This document shows positions 46,697 through 62,604 of a stretch of 64,000 nt of DNA, in pieces. The translations under genes and the position numbers were made by a program. Origin of the DNA: the human T2T-CHM13v2.0 reference genome, Homo sapiens; NCBI RefSeq assembly GCF_009914755.1, contig NC_060926.1, one strand, 5' to 3'. Numbering within the stretch: position 1 is the stretch's first letter; every line of letters starts with the position of its first letter. The notes beneath the pieces were generated by a model. That model saw only the letters and a program-made list of their open reading frames with translations, searched no databases and had not been told where the DNA came from.

Positions 46697-47059
46697 TTAG
46701 TTTTACTAGTATTCAATGTTGTGTGATATTGATGAGTTAAGTCAAACCCTGACAAGCGGTTCCCTTAGGTACTTCAGTGAGTACTTCTAGCATTAATGCT
46801 TAATGGCCTCAGAAATCCTCTGGGTCTGTCGTCCTCAGCAGATCTGAAACTGTTCCCTAAGGAGCAAGTGGGAACTTGTGGAGCATTTTTAGTTTATCTC
46901 GATGGTTTCAGGAAAGGGGTACCATAGGCACTAAATGGCCTGAGGCCAGAGATGCTGAATGTCATGAAGTATGCATCCACAGGACTTTGATGCTGGTTAA
47001 AAACGTAAGAAAGAAAAACACCTTTGTATAATGATGAACATAGAACCTAACTGTGTTTA

Positions 47060-47410
<351 letters not shown>

Positions 47411-47570
47411 ATACCATCATGAAGTACTTTTCAACAGTTTCAATAAGCACTAAGTTTTCTGGGAATGCCATGAAATTATAAATTGAGTGAAGGATGAAAT
47501 TTGCTTGGACTTTATGCTTTATTTTCATAGGTGGTACTAACATTACCACCTATGAACATTTTGCCCTTAA

Positions 47571-47960
<390 letters not shown>

Positions 47961-48314
47961 CAAAGGGTTTTGTTTTTAAATGAGAGATGGTTAGTAAACT
48001 AATGTTTTCCTGAGTGACATAGGGCATATACATAGAGATGAGCATATACATAGAGATGAGTATGATGAACATTTGGGGTTATAAATGACTTTCATAACAA
48101 GGACCTATGAAGAGTATATAAAGGTGGAGACACTGATTAGCACTTGATAGATTGGGTAAATCAAGTTAGGTGAAATTATCCCAGATTTTTTTAAAGTCCC
48201 GGGAGGAAAAGATACGCAAGTGTATTGGGCATTGAACAAATTTTTTAAATAAAGATCTATGTCCATTCAGAATAGTCTGTGGAAAGCATTTATCCTGTTA
48301 TTTTGTTGTTGCTG

Positions 48315-48617
<303 letters not shown>

Positions 48618-49494
48618 TGTTGTTGCTGTTTCTATGTGAGACTGATAAAGGACAAAAAGAAGATGGCAAGGGATGGATGGAAAAGGCTGGTTCTTCTCTC
48701 AGGGTTCCCAGACCATAGCTGGAGATAACCCAGGGTTGTAGCTCCATCTGCTGGAGAGAAGCAAACCCACTCTTACATAGTCTATAAATGAAAGTGATCT
48801 CTCCACAATCACAGTGAGCCAGCCCGTGTTTGCTAAGCACTTGCTGTGCACTGTGTAACACTTTGTCAGGCTTAGGGTAACAGAGGAAAAACATAGACAT
48901 GTTCCCTGTTCCCACCATGCTTAGCTCTGAGAGGCCTTCTGCTGTCAAGAAGACTTATTTTAGCTGGTGTGCTTTTGCATTCTAGGTTTCCCCCTAGACT
49001 TTTCCTTGGGTGACTTTTAAAGCCACGTAACCTCATTCTGAGCTTCCTGTTCCTTATTAGAGGTAAGGAATAACAGTGCCCCTCCTATAGGCCTCAGTTT
49101 AGCTAAACTTTATTAAGTATCTAGTGTGTCTGCTAGGCAGAGGCCCAAGGAGCATAAAGATGAGTAGGAATCTAGTCCCTGCCCTCCACAAGGTTAGAAA
49201 CAGGAGCTCATAAAATGATCCTCGCGGAGTAAATGAGAATGTATAACGGGATCCCTGAGGAGGAGTGCGGGATCCAGGCAGGAGAGTCGACTAGGAAGGT
49301 ATGGACAGGTTTTCTGAGTTGTTTGAGGATGTGAGCATTAGCGAAGGGAAGCCCTTCCCAGCCGAGGTCAGCGTGAGCAGCAGCATGGAGATGAGGGCCT
49401 GTGTGGTATGTGTATGTCCCTCTTAGGCTGTGTAAAGTGAGCGGCAGGAAGTGTCCAGGGATGAGGGTTTGGGGACATAGATGGAGCCAGGTAG

Positions 49495-49797
49495 GGCCTG
49501 GAGCAGTAGCTCATGCTTGTAATCCCAGCACTTCGGGAGGCCAAGATGGGCAGATCATTTGAGGTCAGGAGTTCGACACCAGCCTGGCAACATGGTGAAA
49601 CCCTCTCTCTACCAAAAATACAAAAATTAGCCGAGCGTGGTGGCACGTGCCTGTTGACCCAGCTACTTGGGAGGCTGAGGCAGGAAAATGACTTGAACGT
49701 AGGAAGTGGAGGCTGCAACGAGCTGAGATCACTCCATTGCCCACCAGCCTGGGCAACAGAGCATGACTCCGTCTCAAAAAAAAAAAAAAAAAAAAAG
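49495..49797 (+). mobile_element. Alu (S-like) within L2-like sequence
   Basis: Dimer with a poly-A tail. Confidence 0.92.
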
Positions 49798-50536
49798 GCG
49801 GGGCCAGGCGATATAGGGTTTTGTGTGTTACCTTAAGGGATGCTGACTGTCCTCAGTGCAGTAGAGAATTTAAGCAGGGTAGTGATAGCAGGTTCCTTAG
49901 ACCGCTTGCTGGCTGTGTCTGTTGGATTTGATTGAAGGGGACCAGGCTGGAGACAGGGACTCCATCTAGGAGGCTGCGGCATGCCTGCTTGGATAACGTC
50001 GCCATGCCTGAGAGAGGGCACATTAAGATGAAGAATTGGATTTAGGCATGGTGGGGAGGGGAGTTTATTTTAGGCATCATGAGTTTGAGTTGCCTGTGAC
50101 GATATCTGTATGGAGACATCAGCAGACAATTTGATGTATGATTGCGAAGTTTAAGAAGGTCCAGCCAGTGCCACTAACAGGGAGGAAGTAGTTGAGCCAT
50201 GAGATTTGTTGAAGTCATCAGGGAGAATGTGCGCAATGAGAGGAGCAGAAAGCCAAGGTCAGGCTGGGGAGTAGCCATACCTACAGCCAGGCAGAGGCTC
50301 TTGCAAAAGAGATGGTGATGGGATGACAAGAGGGATAAAAGTACGGTGGTCTGGAAGCCAAGGGAATAGAAAATTCCCAGGAAAGCATCATTTAAAAATG
50401 TCAAATGTAAGATAAGGACTGAAAAATGCCTTCTGGATTTGGCTTTTAAGAGCTGTGACTGTAAGAGGTGTTTCCAGATTGCAGTAGGTTGATGAGTAAA
50501 TAGGAGTTGAGATAACTTTTAGAAAATGGTGTCTGA

Positions 50537-50917
<381 letters not shown>

Positions 50918-51913
50918 TTAACGTAGCAGAAACTGGAGCCTATTTACAAACTCTTCGGGGGAAAGAGCCCAAAAAGAAGGAAAGTGGCTGTCTGGATGTG
51001 AGTTTATGGACTGACATCAAACAGACCTTGTTGGGACTGAAGGCCTGAAGAGTAAGCATATAGGTGGGAGGTAGTTGAAAGAGAACTTTCCAGATAAACT
51101 GTTTTCTTCATGAATAAGTAATAAAGTAATATCTGCTGAGAGAAGAAAGGGATGAGGTCGATTACGAGAAGACCTTCAAGCATGGTACGTCCTTATGCGA
51201 GTGGCGCATGGCTTCAAGAGGAGGGTTGATGGGACCCATCCATGAGTAGAGAAGTTAACAACAATGCCAGTCTTCCCAGGATGTTCTGCTGGGACTCAGA
51301 AAAACATCCAGTTTCCTTCCTTTAGATTTTAACTGCAGCATCACGAGCTGCCTTCCTAGAGGGAATTTTGTATTTTGGGGCTGTAGCTCAGAAGACTTCC
51401 ATTCTCTTTTCCCTCTCCCAAGAGAGATCGCAGCTGCTTCCCGGGGTTTATGTCCATGACATAGGACTGTCCCTGCTGGGAATGGGGGAGGGAACTGCTT
51501 CCCACTCGAAAGCAGCCTTTTCACTTCCAGCTTCCATCTGCCTTCCACTCCCACCTCCCAAAATAAAGTAAATAAATCAAAGCCAGAAAAACATTCTGGC
51601 TGGAATTTTATTACATTCAGTATTGTGTGAGAGCTCCCAAACTAGCTGGGACCGTTGGATTTCAGAGTACGTGAAGGTGAAGCCTGTGAGGTTCCCCCAG
51701 GAGTGCTGGGCAGAACCCTGAGTTTTAGAACTCCCTCTGCCTTTAGCTTGTCTTGGATGTGCTCTTCCACTCTTTCAAGCACTAAACCCTTCCCTGTAAA
51801 TAGTCACCTGCCAGGGTGCCCTCAGGTTATAGCTTGTCACCAGCTCTAAGAGTGGCTAGTACCCAGTCTCAGTGTTGGATAACAAGCAAAAGTGATGAGT
51901 TGTTTTCTTGGGG

Positions 51914-51917
<4 letters not shown>

Positions 51918-51961
<44 letters not shown>
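51918..51961. repeat. (TG)n microsatellite
   Basis: Uninterrupted TG run of about 21 units. Confidence 0.95.
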
Positions 51962-51963
<2 letters not shown>

Positions 51964-51979
51964 GTTTGTTGTGGTGGTA

Positions 51980-52120
51980 TGTTTTTGTTTTTGTTTTTTC
52001 AGAGACATGGTCTCCCTATGTTGCCTAGTCTGGGCCTGAACTCCTGGGCTCAAGTGATCTCCTATGTCGGCCTCCCAGAGCACTGAGATTACAGGCAAGT
52101 GTAAGCCACTGCACCTGGCC
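51980..52120 (-). mobile_element. Alu monomer (FLAM-like)
   Basis: Single reverse arm. Confidence 0.85.
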
Positions 52121-52849
52121 GTTTTCTTGTTTTTAAAGATTAACCTCAGGCCCTAGTTATGTTACCATCCTAGAAATGCAGTTATCCTAAAAATGATTCC
52201 TCTATAATAAAGGAATTGGGTAAAGGAGCTTTCTTGCTGTATTTTCAGTGAATTCAGGCAAGGACACCCTCATTCATGGAAGGGGAAGGCTGAATTAATT
52301 GCTCTCAAGTTCTTTCTTACCTTCAACTAAATTAGATCCCTTTATTCTCCAGTGGAAACTTGGCACTGAGGAGTCCCAGGAGGTGACTCAGTCGGATATG
52401 TGAGGCCTTAGCACCACTGGCCTTGCTGCTTCTGCACTGTGTCTGTCAGGGATATCTGGGACAGAAAGAATAATTTCCGCTGCTGGGGCAGCCAGACCCT
52501 GGCGTGCCCGTCCCTAAGCTGGCCTGCACCTTGCCACCGGAAGATGTAGTGTAGAGTAGCTGCTTGACCCCAGAGTAGCATTCAGAGGGCACATAAAGAA
52601 GCTCCGTTAATTCAAACATGTAGTTATTATAGAGATCCAGAGGGCCAGAGGCTATCATTTTTTTAAAGTTACCTCTTTCTATGATGATCAGTTATTCATT
52701 TTTCTAAATATTTGTCTGCATGTTATATGTGCTTTCAGTAAGTTTTTGGGTGAATTTCTTAACTTCATAAAGTATATAAAACAACTTAGCAGGATATGAG
52801 TTATGACATTTAGGGGTGTTGTCCTATTGCTTCAGAACAGTGGGGTTAT

Positions 52850-52930
52850 CGTGTAACACACCATGTCACATGATTTGACTAAATACAGGAAAAAAAAAAC
52901 CCTGAACTTGGTTTCATTGGCTCAAATATA
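52850..52930 (+). promoter_or_regulatory. Putative proximal promoter of the alternative first exon
   Basis: Directly upstream of the exon: E-box GTCACATGA (52865-52873), AP-1-like TGACTAA (52876-52882) and inverted CCAAT (ATTGG, 52916-52920). Motif presence only. Confidence 0.4.
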
Positions 52931-53043
52931 GTTCAAGACAACAGAGACAAAGCTAAGATGAGGAAGTTCTGTACAGTTTAGGAAATAGAGGCTTTCAAAG
53001 ATAATTCGCAGTGATGTGAAACTGGCCTCCCAAGCCCTGATAA
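52929..53043 (+). other. LIMS1: Non-coding (5' UTR) alternative first exon of LIMS1/PINCH1
   Basis: Unique non-repeat sequence TAGTTCAAGACAACAGAGAC...CAAGCCCTGATAA followed by a consensus donor GTAAGT at 53044-53049. It matches my recollection of the 5' end of the PINCH1 cDNA, which continues CAACATGGCCAACGCC (MANALASATC) in an exon outside this window. Not database-verified; the 5' boundary is approximate. Confidence 0.8.
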
Positions 53044-53821
53044 GTAAGTTAAATAAGAGTAGGAGCCAGGAGGGAGGTTCTTTACTCTTGAATTAAGAGA
53101 AGGGGAGCTGGAGGTGGCTCAGGTAGAGTGCGTAGGTTTGCAGAACTGGGCCTGTGTGTGTAAAGTGACTAAGGCAAAGGAGTGGAAGTTTGAGAGAAGT
53201 TTAAGAGAAGAAATGGACATGATTGCCTAAATCAGCCAAACACAGGGTATTGTTGTATTTCTGGATTTGTTTTCCTTATGACCTACCTTTCTCAGTTATT
53301 TAAGAAGCAAATCTAAAGGATATTTGTTGAAACTCTCTATGCAGAAAGGGTCTTGGGTGAGTTGTAGTAACCTTCAGCCATGCTGATTAAAATTTTCTCC
53401 CTGCTGCAGAGGTTATGATTGTGGTTCTTATATCTTGTAGATGTGTATTTAATTATTGAAATATGTGAAAACTTTGTTTTATTGGTTTCAAAGTAGGGTG
53501 GGTGTGGAAGGGAAACTATGCCTTTTGTTTGCAAAGAAAAATTTAAAAACAATTGATAAACAGTATTTAGTGTCATATGGTTTATATCCTGCAGAGCCTT
53601 CTATAAAAGACCTTAGTAATGCTTTTGGCATTTTATTACATTAATTTTTTAAAACATTATTTCTGCTGCCTAGGGTCTTTGGTGGGGAAATGTACTATTT
53701 AGCAATATGTTTAGTGAACTTTTGTCCTGTCATGGTAAGAAGAAAGCAGCTATAACTAAGTAAGGAGTTACTCTTATTCATTAACGTGTAAAACGCTGTT
53801 TAAAAAAAAAAAACTGGTCAT

Positions 53822-54605
53822 TTTTTTAAGTTTTATTTTTAATTGGCACATTTATTTATGGAGTACAATGTGATATTTTGGTTCATATGTACATTGTACA
53901 ATGACCAAATCAGGGTAATTAGCCTATCAATCATCTCAAATATCACTTTTTCGTGGTAACAACACTTAAAATCCTCTTGAGGTATTTTGAGATATACAAT
54001 ACAGTATTATTAATTATAATCACTTTGCTGTACAATAGATCACCAGAACTTACTCTTCCTAATTTTGTACCTGTTGACAAACTCTTAGTTTCATTGATTC
54101 TGTTGTTTTTCTAGTCTCTTTTTCATTTACTTCTGTTCTGATCTTTGTTATTTCCTTCCTCCTGCTAACATTGGGCCTAGTTTGTTATTTTTCTAGTTCC
54201 ATGAGGTGTAATATTAGGCTGTTATTTGAGATCTTTCTTTTTTGAAGTAGGTGTCTATTGCTGTAAACTTCCCTGTTAGCACTAACTTTTGCTGCATCCC
54301 ATAAGTTTTAGTATGTTGTATTTCCATCTTCATTTGTCACAAGATTTTTTTATATATCTCCTTTATTTTCTTCTTTAATTTCCCCTTTAATTTTTTCTTT
54401 ATCTCGATAGTTGTTTAGGAGCATATTGTTTAATTTCCACATATTTGTTAATTTTCCATGTCCTCCTGTTACTTTAGAAACTATTCTAGTTTCATACCAT
54501 TGTGATCAGAAAAGATACGTGATGTAATTTCAGCCTTCTTGACCTGTCCTGGAGAATGTTCCATGTGCACTTGAGAAGAATATGTATTCTGTTGCTGTTG
54601 GGTGG
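53822..54605 (-). mobile_element. L1MA-type fragments
   Basis: L1 3' end (GGAGTACAATGTGATATTTTG) joined to an ORF2-derived piece (GAGAATGTTCCATGTGCACTTGAGAAGAA). Confidence 0.8.
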
Positions 54606-56094
54606 AATTTCCCCCAGCAGGCCACGCTTAAAGGAACTGTAATGCCTCAGACCTACATTTGGAAAACATTTATTAAGGGGTGATTATTTACCCACAGAAG
54701 AATCTTTTGCTTTACTACATGACTTGCCTTATACAGTGGACTTCCTAGAGATTTAAATGTATTTGCAAAAGCATTGATTTTACAGTTAACCTTCAAGAAC
54801 ATTAAGAGTGATACCGATTGCATGTGTAAGGCAGTCTCTTATATAGATGTATGTTGTGTGTATGTACACGTGTGTATATATGTACATTCACATACATAAT
54901 CAGGAAATAAGGAATAGTTATAATGAACAGGAGAACACAAGTATTTTTCATGGATAAGAAAGAAAACATTAAAAAGAGGATGATCATTTTAATTTGGTCT
55001 TTTAGTTGATAAAAAGGGTACATGCTTTTTAGTTTGCAAACAACAAGGCACTTTGCATAGCTGATAGAATGAAAATAGAATAAAATATTCTGAATGAACA
55101 TAAACACTTGGTGGTAGTTTAAAAAATATACAAAAATAACTAAACATCAGGCCATCACAGGTAGTGTCAAGTTTTTGAGGCTAACCAAAAAGAGCGGGGA
55201 ACCCCCTTCAATTCTAAGAGACGGCACCATGGAGGTAGTGACTTTTGAGTTGGGCTTTGAAGAATTTGACAAATGATGGAAAAGAGTGTTGTTCTAGGCA
55301 CAGTTGGCAACAGCTCGAGCAAAGGTTTGCAGGTCAGTGTTACTTCTCTCTTCAGAGTCCTCCATTGCCTTTCCATCTCACCTAGAATAACATCCAGTTT
55401 TTATTCTGGGCTGCAAGTGCTTTCTGGATCTACCCCCTGCCCTATTCCTTTCTGTGCTGTGTTTTCCGCTTTAGCCTGGAAGATTTGTTAAACAGGGGCT
55501 TTGTTTCCTCTTGTTCACCTCTGTATTCCCAGTGCCCAGAGCAGTAAGTGCTCAGTAAATAAATGTTGAATGAATGAAAGAAATTCAAAAATTATCTACT
55601 GTGCTGGAATGTTTGAAGGATAAGAATGGCAGGGAGGGAGGGTGTATGTGGAGTATTGGTCTTGAGGGCAGTGTAAAGTTTGGGGACATTAGGGAAGCAT
55701 CTGTGATGTTGCAGTGAAGTGTTTGCTAATATTACAGTGTAGAGAATGGATTAGAAGGACTAAAGAGCAAGATAGCAATACCATACGAAAGGATGTGTCA
55801 GTGGGTCTTTCATTCAGTTGACATTTGAGTGGTTGCCCCATGCTAAGCACTGTGTTAGGTTCTGGGGACACAAAGGTGACTGAGAAATGGTTTCCATGGG
55901 TAATGCCAGAGGTGTGAACATCCTGTAGCAAAGGACTGAGCAAATGATGCGGTGGGGCCTGAACCTGGGCGTTGTCAGAGGCGTGGGAAGGAGTCTGAAG
56001 TCTCATTGATAGTTTCTTGATGTCAGTAGTTCCGCAAGTTCCCAGAAAAAAGAGGAAGCCTTCAGTGAAACTTTTTTTAAAAAAAAATTGATTG

Positions 56095-56768
<674 letters not shown>

Positions 56769-57539
56769 TAGCCATATGTTGATTGACCCATTAGTTCCAG
56801 GAGAAGGAGGTATACAGGAGCAGTGTTTTAGCTCTGAGTCGGTGTGTCACTTCTGAGGCGCAGTTTGTCAGAATAGTTACAGGATGAAATGTTGATGTCC
56901 TGTAGAGTGCTTGATTAAAATAAGTGAAGTGGCAGGTGGGGAGGTATTTTATACCCCAAATGTTGCCACAAATGTATGATAATATTGTTGGGAGAAAAGG
57001 ATACTTTATCAGCCCAGATGGGACATATAATACAGAATCTAAAAAAATTGAAAAATAACTTATACCAATTTTTGTGTGTGGGAGGGGGGTGTGTGGAGAA
57101 CAGGCAGAGATTCCCTTATAGGGCTTTAAAATGTGCTATGCTGAAAGAAAGTTTGTTTGCAGCCTGGGAAGACATTTAGACTACCAAGTTCTTCGGGTTC
57201 AGCTGTTTATGGTCTTTCTTGTCACTTATTTAACAGTTTCAGACCATAAGGAGCGTATACTTTTCTCACTTGTTCTTTATTCATTGAGCCTATTTATCCT
57301 TGAAATACTGTGGTGTAAGTTGAAAGACCTTGGGTTTAAATTTTACTTCTGCCATTTGTGTGATTTTGAACAAATTATTTAATATCTGAGTTGCAGATTC
57401 CTCATCTGTAAATGGCAATAGTATTTAATCTGTGAGTAGTGTATGTAAAAGGATCCTAGCTTGATATTTGGTGGGATCTAGGTGAACAACAAATGTTCCC
57501 CTTTTTATTGTATTAATAGTAAAATGTATATAACATTCA

Positions 57540-57716
57540 GTTGTGGAGGACACTTGGGTTGTTTCCATACCTTGGATATTGTGAATAATGCTGCTGTAAA
57601 CATGGGTGTACACATACCTGTTTGCATCCTTGTTTTCAATTCTTTTGGATATATACCCAGAACTGGAATTGCTGGGTCATGTGGTAATTCTATGTTTAGC
57701 TTTTTGAGGGACTTCC
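57540..57716 (-). mobile_element. L1M fragment
   Basis: GGACACTTGGGTTGTTTCCA...GGAATTGCTGGGTCATGTGGTAATTCTATGTTTA. Confidence 0.8.
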
Positions 57717-59204
57717 AATCATTCTCTGCTTTTGTTTTTTAGTTTACTCTGCATCATTTATGCATATCTCCTTTAAGATCCAGAATTACTAGAGTTCAGG
57801 GTTTGAAAGCAACTAAATTCACTTTAGTGCCTGATAGTCTCATGGTTTTTCTCTACTTCCAAACATATCTAAACCTTATCCAAGCCTCCCACTGTGTGAC
57901 TTCTACTGTGAAAAAAGCCATTCTTCTCTTTCTTTTGCTTTTTTCTTTCTTAAATCTTCTCCCCTTCGATTGCCTTTTCTTTCCCTCACTAATTCTTTCC
58001 TTCTCACCGCCTGCCTTCTATAAAGGAATGCTGGGGAAAAGGTCTTGCCGGAGTTACTTCTCCATCCCCACTCTCAAGCCTACCCAGACCTGGAGTTGCT
58101 GTCTTTGTGAAAAGGGACATAGACACAGAATGATATCCAGATGCTAGATTACGTCAATTTACAATAAACTTTAATTTAAGCCAGACTTTCAGAACAATTA
58201 GCACCTGTATAATACTAAAAAATGCCAAGTATCTGGGAAAGGTTGGGTGGGGAAGGAGAAAATAGTATCATCCATGGGGATGATTCAACTCTTAGGGCTG
58301 CCAGCCTAGCACACTGCTAGCAACAGCTGGGAAGAAATCATAAAGTGAATTTTCCACAGATAAACCAGCCAGAAATAACACCAGACTGCCAAGTCAGATG
58401 TGATTTCTTAGTCATAAAAGGTACTTTTCATTCCTGTAATCCTGATTGGCCTGGTCAGTAATTAAAAGTCAACATTCAGTTTTATTTTACTTATTTCTAG
58501 GACCATTGTAGAATCCTTCAGTCATTACATATCTGGTGAGACCCTAGTGGTAAGTAAAGGATATCCATGCACTTGAGGGGAAGGAAGTGTTCACACATGA
58601 AATAGCTAGAATAGTAACAAAGCTCCCTTTAAATTCAGACAATAGCAGTGAGCTACTGGTAACAGCCCAAAGGAGAAAATGAGCAGCAGCCAGAATTTTG
58701 AGATTAATTTTAATAATTTATTAATGAATGCACCAGCAGAGAAGAGGTGGGAAGGATATGGTCGACAAGTGGTAGGAGTAAAAAATTCAGCTGTGGGGAA
58801 GGGGTAGCTTTTGCTTAGAAAGTTCACCACAGACCCCTGCCCTCTAAGTTATGGTGAATTCTGTGGAAGTGATTAGAGTGGAGAAAAAGGAACAAAGAGG
58901 GTTGGAATCCAGACGTTCCATGACTAACCCCAAGATGACTAAACCAGCTACTGAATGCACCCACAGAAAGGGAAGTGACATTTACTGAGAACACATTTAG
59001 TGTTGCTGAATGCTTAAAATGCTTTCTTTGTGTTCTCAGTCCTTACCAGTCTGTGAGGGGGGTTTATTTTGTCTACATTACAGATGAAGAATCTCACCTG
59101 CAAATGAAGAAAGTTGCCTGGCCGACAGGAGATCGTTTGAAATGAAAGGATTCCAGGGTTTCTTTCTACTGAGCGTATTCAATAAGCAGGGCTTATTATA
59201 CTAT

Positions 59205-59503
59205 CTAGAATGGTGCTATCCTGTAGAAATACAATGTAAGCAGCATGTGTAGTTTTAAGATTTTCTAGTAGCCATTTAAAACAGGAAAAAAGAGATAGGG
59301 AAGATTAATTTTAATAATATGTTTAATTTAACCCAGTATATCAAACTGTCATCATGTCCAAGCTATATACATATCATGTCATCAGCATTTTAAAGTTACC
59401 AGGAGAATTCAGTGGGTACTTTAAAGTCCATCTGAATTCAGACTAGCCACATTTCAAGTTGCTACATGTGACTACTGGCTACCAAAGTAGACAGCATAGC
59501 TCT
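59205..59503. mobile_element. MER3/MER33-type hAT MITE
   Basis: AGATTTTCTAGTAGCCA...GACTAGCCACATTTCAAGT...GACAGCATAG. Confidence 0.65.
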
Positions 59504-61157
59504 AAAAAAAAGGTAGACAGACTCATCCTAAAAAAAAATCGAATGTAGAGGCCCTGCTTTGAAGTCATTGAGAGGAATTATGGTGGGGCAAGAAAGCAGC
59601 TTCACCTGAGATGGAAAGCTCTGTGGAAGGAAGGTACCATACATAAAAGCAGGGCTGCTCTTGAAAGAATGTGACCATATCATGCAAGGACATTACTGAC
59701 TGAAGGGCTATTTATGGAGAGCAGTAAGGTCATACCGACCTTTATCACCACTGCCAGTCGTGACCACAGGAAGGCCCTGTGGTGTTGACTGCTAGATGCT
59801 GAACCGTATTTGGGTGGGGGTTGCGAGGATGCTGTGTCTTGGCAAATCTACTAACCATTAGGAGTGGAAACCACAGCCTTTAATGTATGTGTGGATGTCA
59901 TTCCCAAAGAATCTTTTCTTCCAGTGCCTTTTTCAGATGAGGAGGTGTAATGTGTGCTTGAGGAAGTAAGCATGAACAAACTACCTTATATGGGAATTCC
60001 CAGACCTCAGCTCCACCCAGACCAAGATAAATGATGGTTTCAGACTGCTATTCCAGCAAAACAGGGACCATCCTATATTTATAATATTCAGTCATTTCTT
60101 CCATGCTTTCTTACTTTAAAAAATGTTCTTGAAATTTTCCCTTGGTCTTCTTTCTTCTTGTGATTCTGCCTACTTTGTTGCCTTTGTCCCACTTAACTAT
60201 TTTCTTCAGTTTTTCCCATTGTACTTGGTTTATTTTGTTGTTGTTGTTGTTGTTCTGTAGTCAACTGTGTACTAGGAATCAGTGTACCCCCCAGGTCCTG
60301 TTCTTGGCTCTCAACTGTGGGACTTTCATTCTGTTCCTTCATCTGAAAAATGAAAAACATTAGAATTAGAGTCCTTTATAATCTTTTAGGGCCCTCATTT
60401 TGCAGCTCGTTTGGAGCCTCTTTTTTTTATTGTGGTAAAAAACACATAAAATCTACCACCTTAATCATTTTTAAACTCAACAGTTCAACAGTGTTAAGTA
60501 CACAAGAAGTTGCACCTATGATAAAATGTGAAATAAGATCTAGAGGCTTGAGGAGAACCTGAGGTTATCTGTGGAGGGTGGAAGGCTTATGCTGAAGTGG
60601 CCCCCTGAGAGCAAAGATCAGGAGTAAGGGACGATCTCCTAGTATTCACTTGCAGAAGTGACTTAAAGCTGCTAAAAGGATGTGTGTCAGGGCTTTGGCA
60701 TTCTGCCGCAGACATAGAAAGACCTGATACTGTTTTGACTTCATGTGTCCCTGTAGCCATTCAGCGGCCAACATTTGTATAGTACTTTATCTTTCTCAGC
60801 TTATTTCTAATTAGCGATAATTAATACTCTTAGTATTAATACGAGTTAATTTGTAATTCTTACAAAAGAGTGTGAGATAAATGAGCATGTGCTGTCTTTA
60901 ATTTCCAAAGGAGGAAATGAAAGGGTCCGTGGAAGATGAGCTGTAGCTGTGGAAGGGGCAGAAAAGCCAGAGGGTGGCTCAGGAGTCTGGTGTTATATAT
61001 GATAACATTTTAAAAATAAGAGGTGAGGAAAATGGGAGCACACTTTTTGGAAGATTAACATAAATGTAAAATGATTTACAGAACAGATCAATGGAATTCA
61101 GTTAGGTCTCAGATTTTACTTTCCCCATTAGGGATGTATGTAAAGAAAGGGCATGTT

Positions 61158-61454
61158 GGCCGGGCATGGCACACGCCTGTAATCCTAGCACTTTGGGAGG
61201 CCAAGATGGGCAGATCACCTGAGGTCAGGAGTTTGAGACCAGCCTGATCAACATGGAGAAACCTCATCTCAACTAAAAATACAAAATTAGCCAGGCGTGG
61301 TGGTGCATGCCTGTAATCCCAGCTACTCAGGAGGCTGAAGCAGGAGAATCGCTTGAACCTGGGAGGCAGAGGTTGCTGTGAACCGAGATCACGCCATTGC
61401 ACAGCCTGGACAACAAGAGCAAAACTCCGTCTCAAAAAAAAATAAAAATAAAAA
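61158..61454 (+). mobile_element. Alu (S-like)
   Basis: Flanked by GGGCATGTTG. Confidence 0.93.
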
Positions 61455-61528
61455 GGAGGGGGGCATGTTGAGGAAATAGGAACTTGAAGTACTTGGGATG
61501 GTTCATTAATTTCCCTACGAAACATCTG

Positions 61529-61819
61529 TTTTTTTTTTTTTTTTTTTTTGAGTCTTGCTCTGTTGCTGAGGTGCAGTGGCATGATCTTGGCTCACTGCAA
61601 CTTCTGCCTCCTGGGTTCAAACGATTCTCCTGCCTCAGCCTCCCGAGAAGCTGGGATTACAGGCACGTACCACCACACCCAGCTGATTTTTGTATTTTTA
61701 GTAGAAGTGGAGTTTCCCCTTGTTGGCCAGGCTGATCTCGAACTCCTGACCTCAGGTGATCTGCCTGCCTCAGCCTCCAAAAGTGCTGAGATTACAGATG
61801 TGAGTCACCGTGCTTGGTC
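61529..61819 (-). mobile_element. Alu (S-like)
   Basis: Flanked by AAACATCT. Confidence 0.93.
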
Positions 61820-62153
61820 AAAACATCTTAATTTGACCTTTTTTTTTATTCACAGACCACTTTGAGACTCAACACTTAACGACATTCATAGAAGAAAATG
61901 CACAAAGGCACATGCATAGAAAGTTTTTGTATAACTTCCAGGAATTCATGCCCCCAGTGCAGCCACAGCAACACGTGATTGTAATGATGATTGCATTTCT
62001 GAAGACTTTTTAAAAGCATTTTTTTGGATAGAAGAGTTAAAATGTTGTGAATTCTTGATAAATTGAATAAGCAACAAATACACTAGCAGTCACTAGAGGG
62101 TGATGTTTTCTAGCATACAACATCAAGTTCTTTCCGGCAGGTTGCCATTGTAG

Positions 62154-62604
<451 letters not shown>

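Noticed and set aside
48023-48060. 18-bp tandem duplication GCATATACATAGAGATGA
   Set aside because: Ordinary slippage duplication with no further structure.
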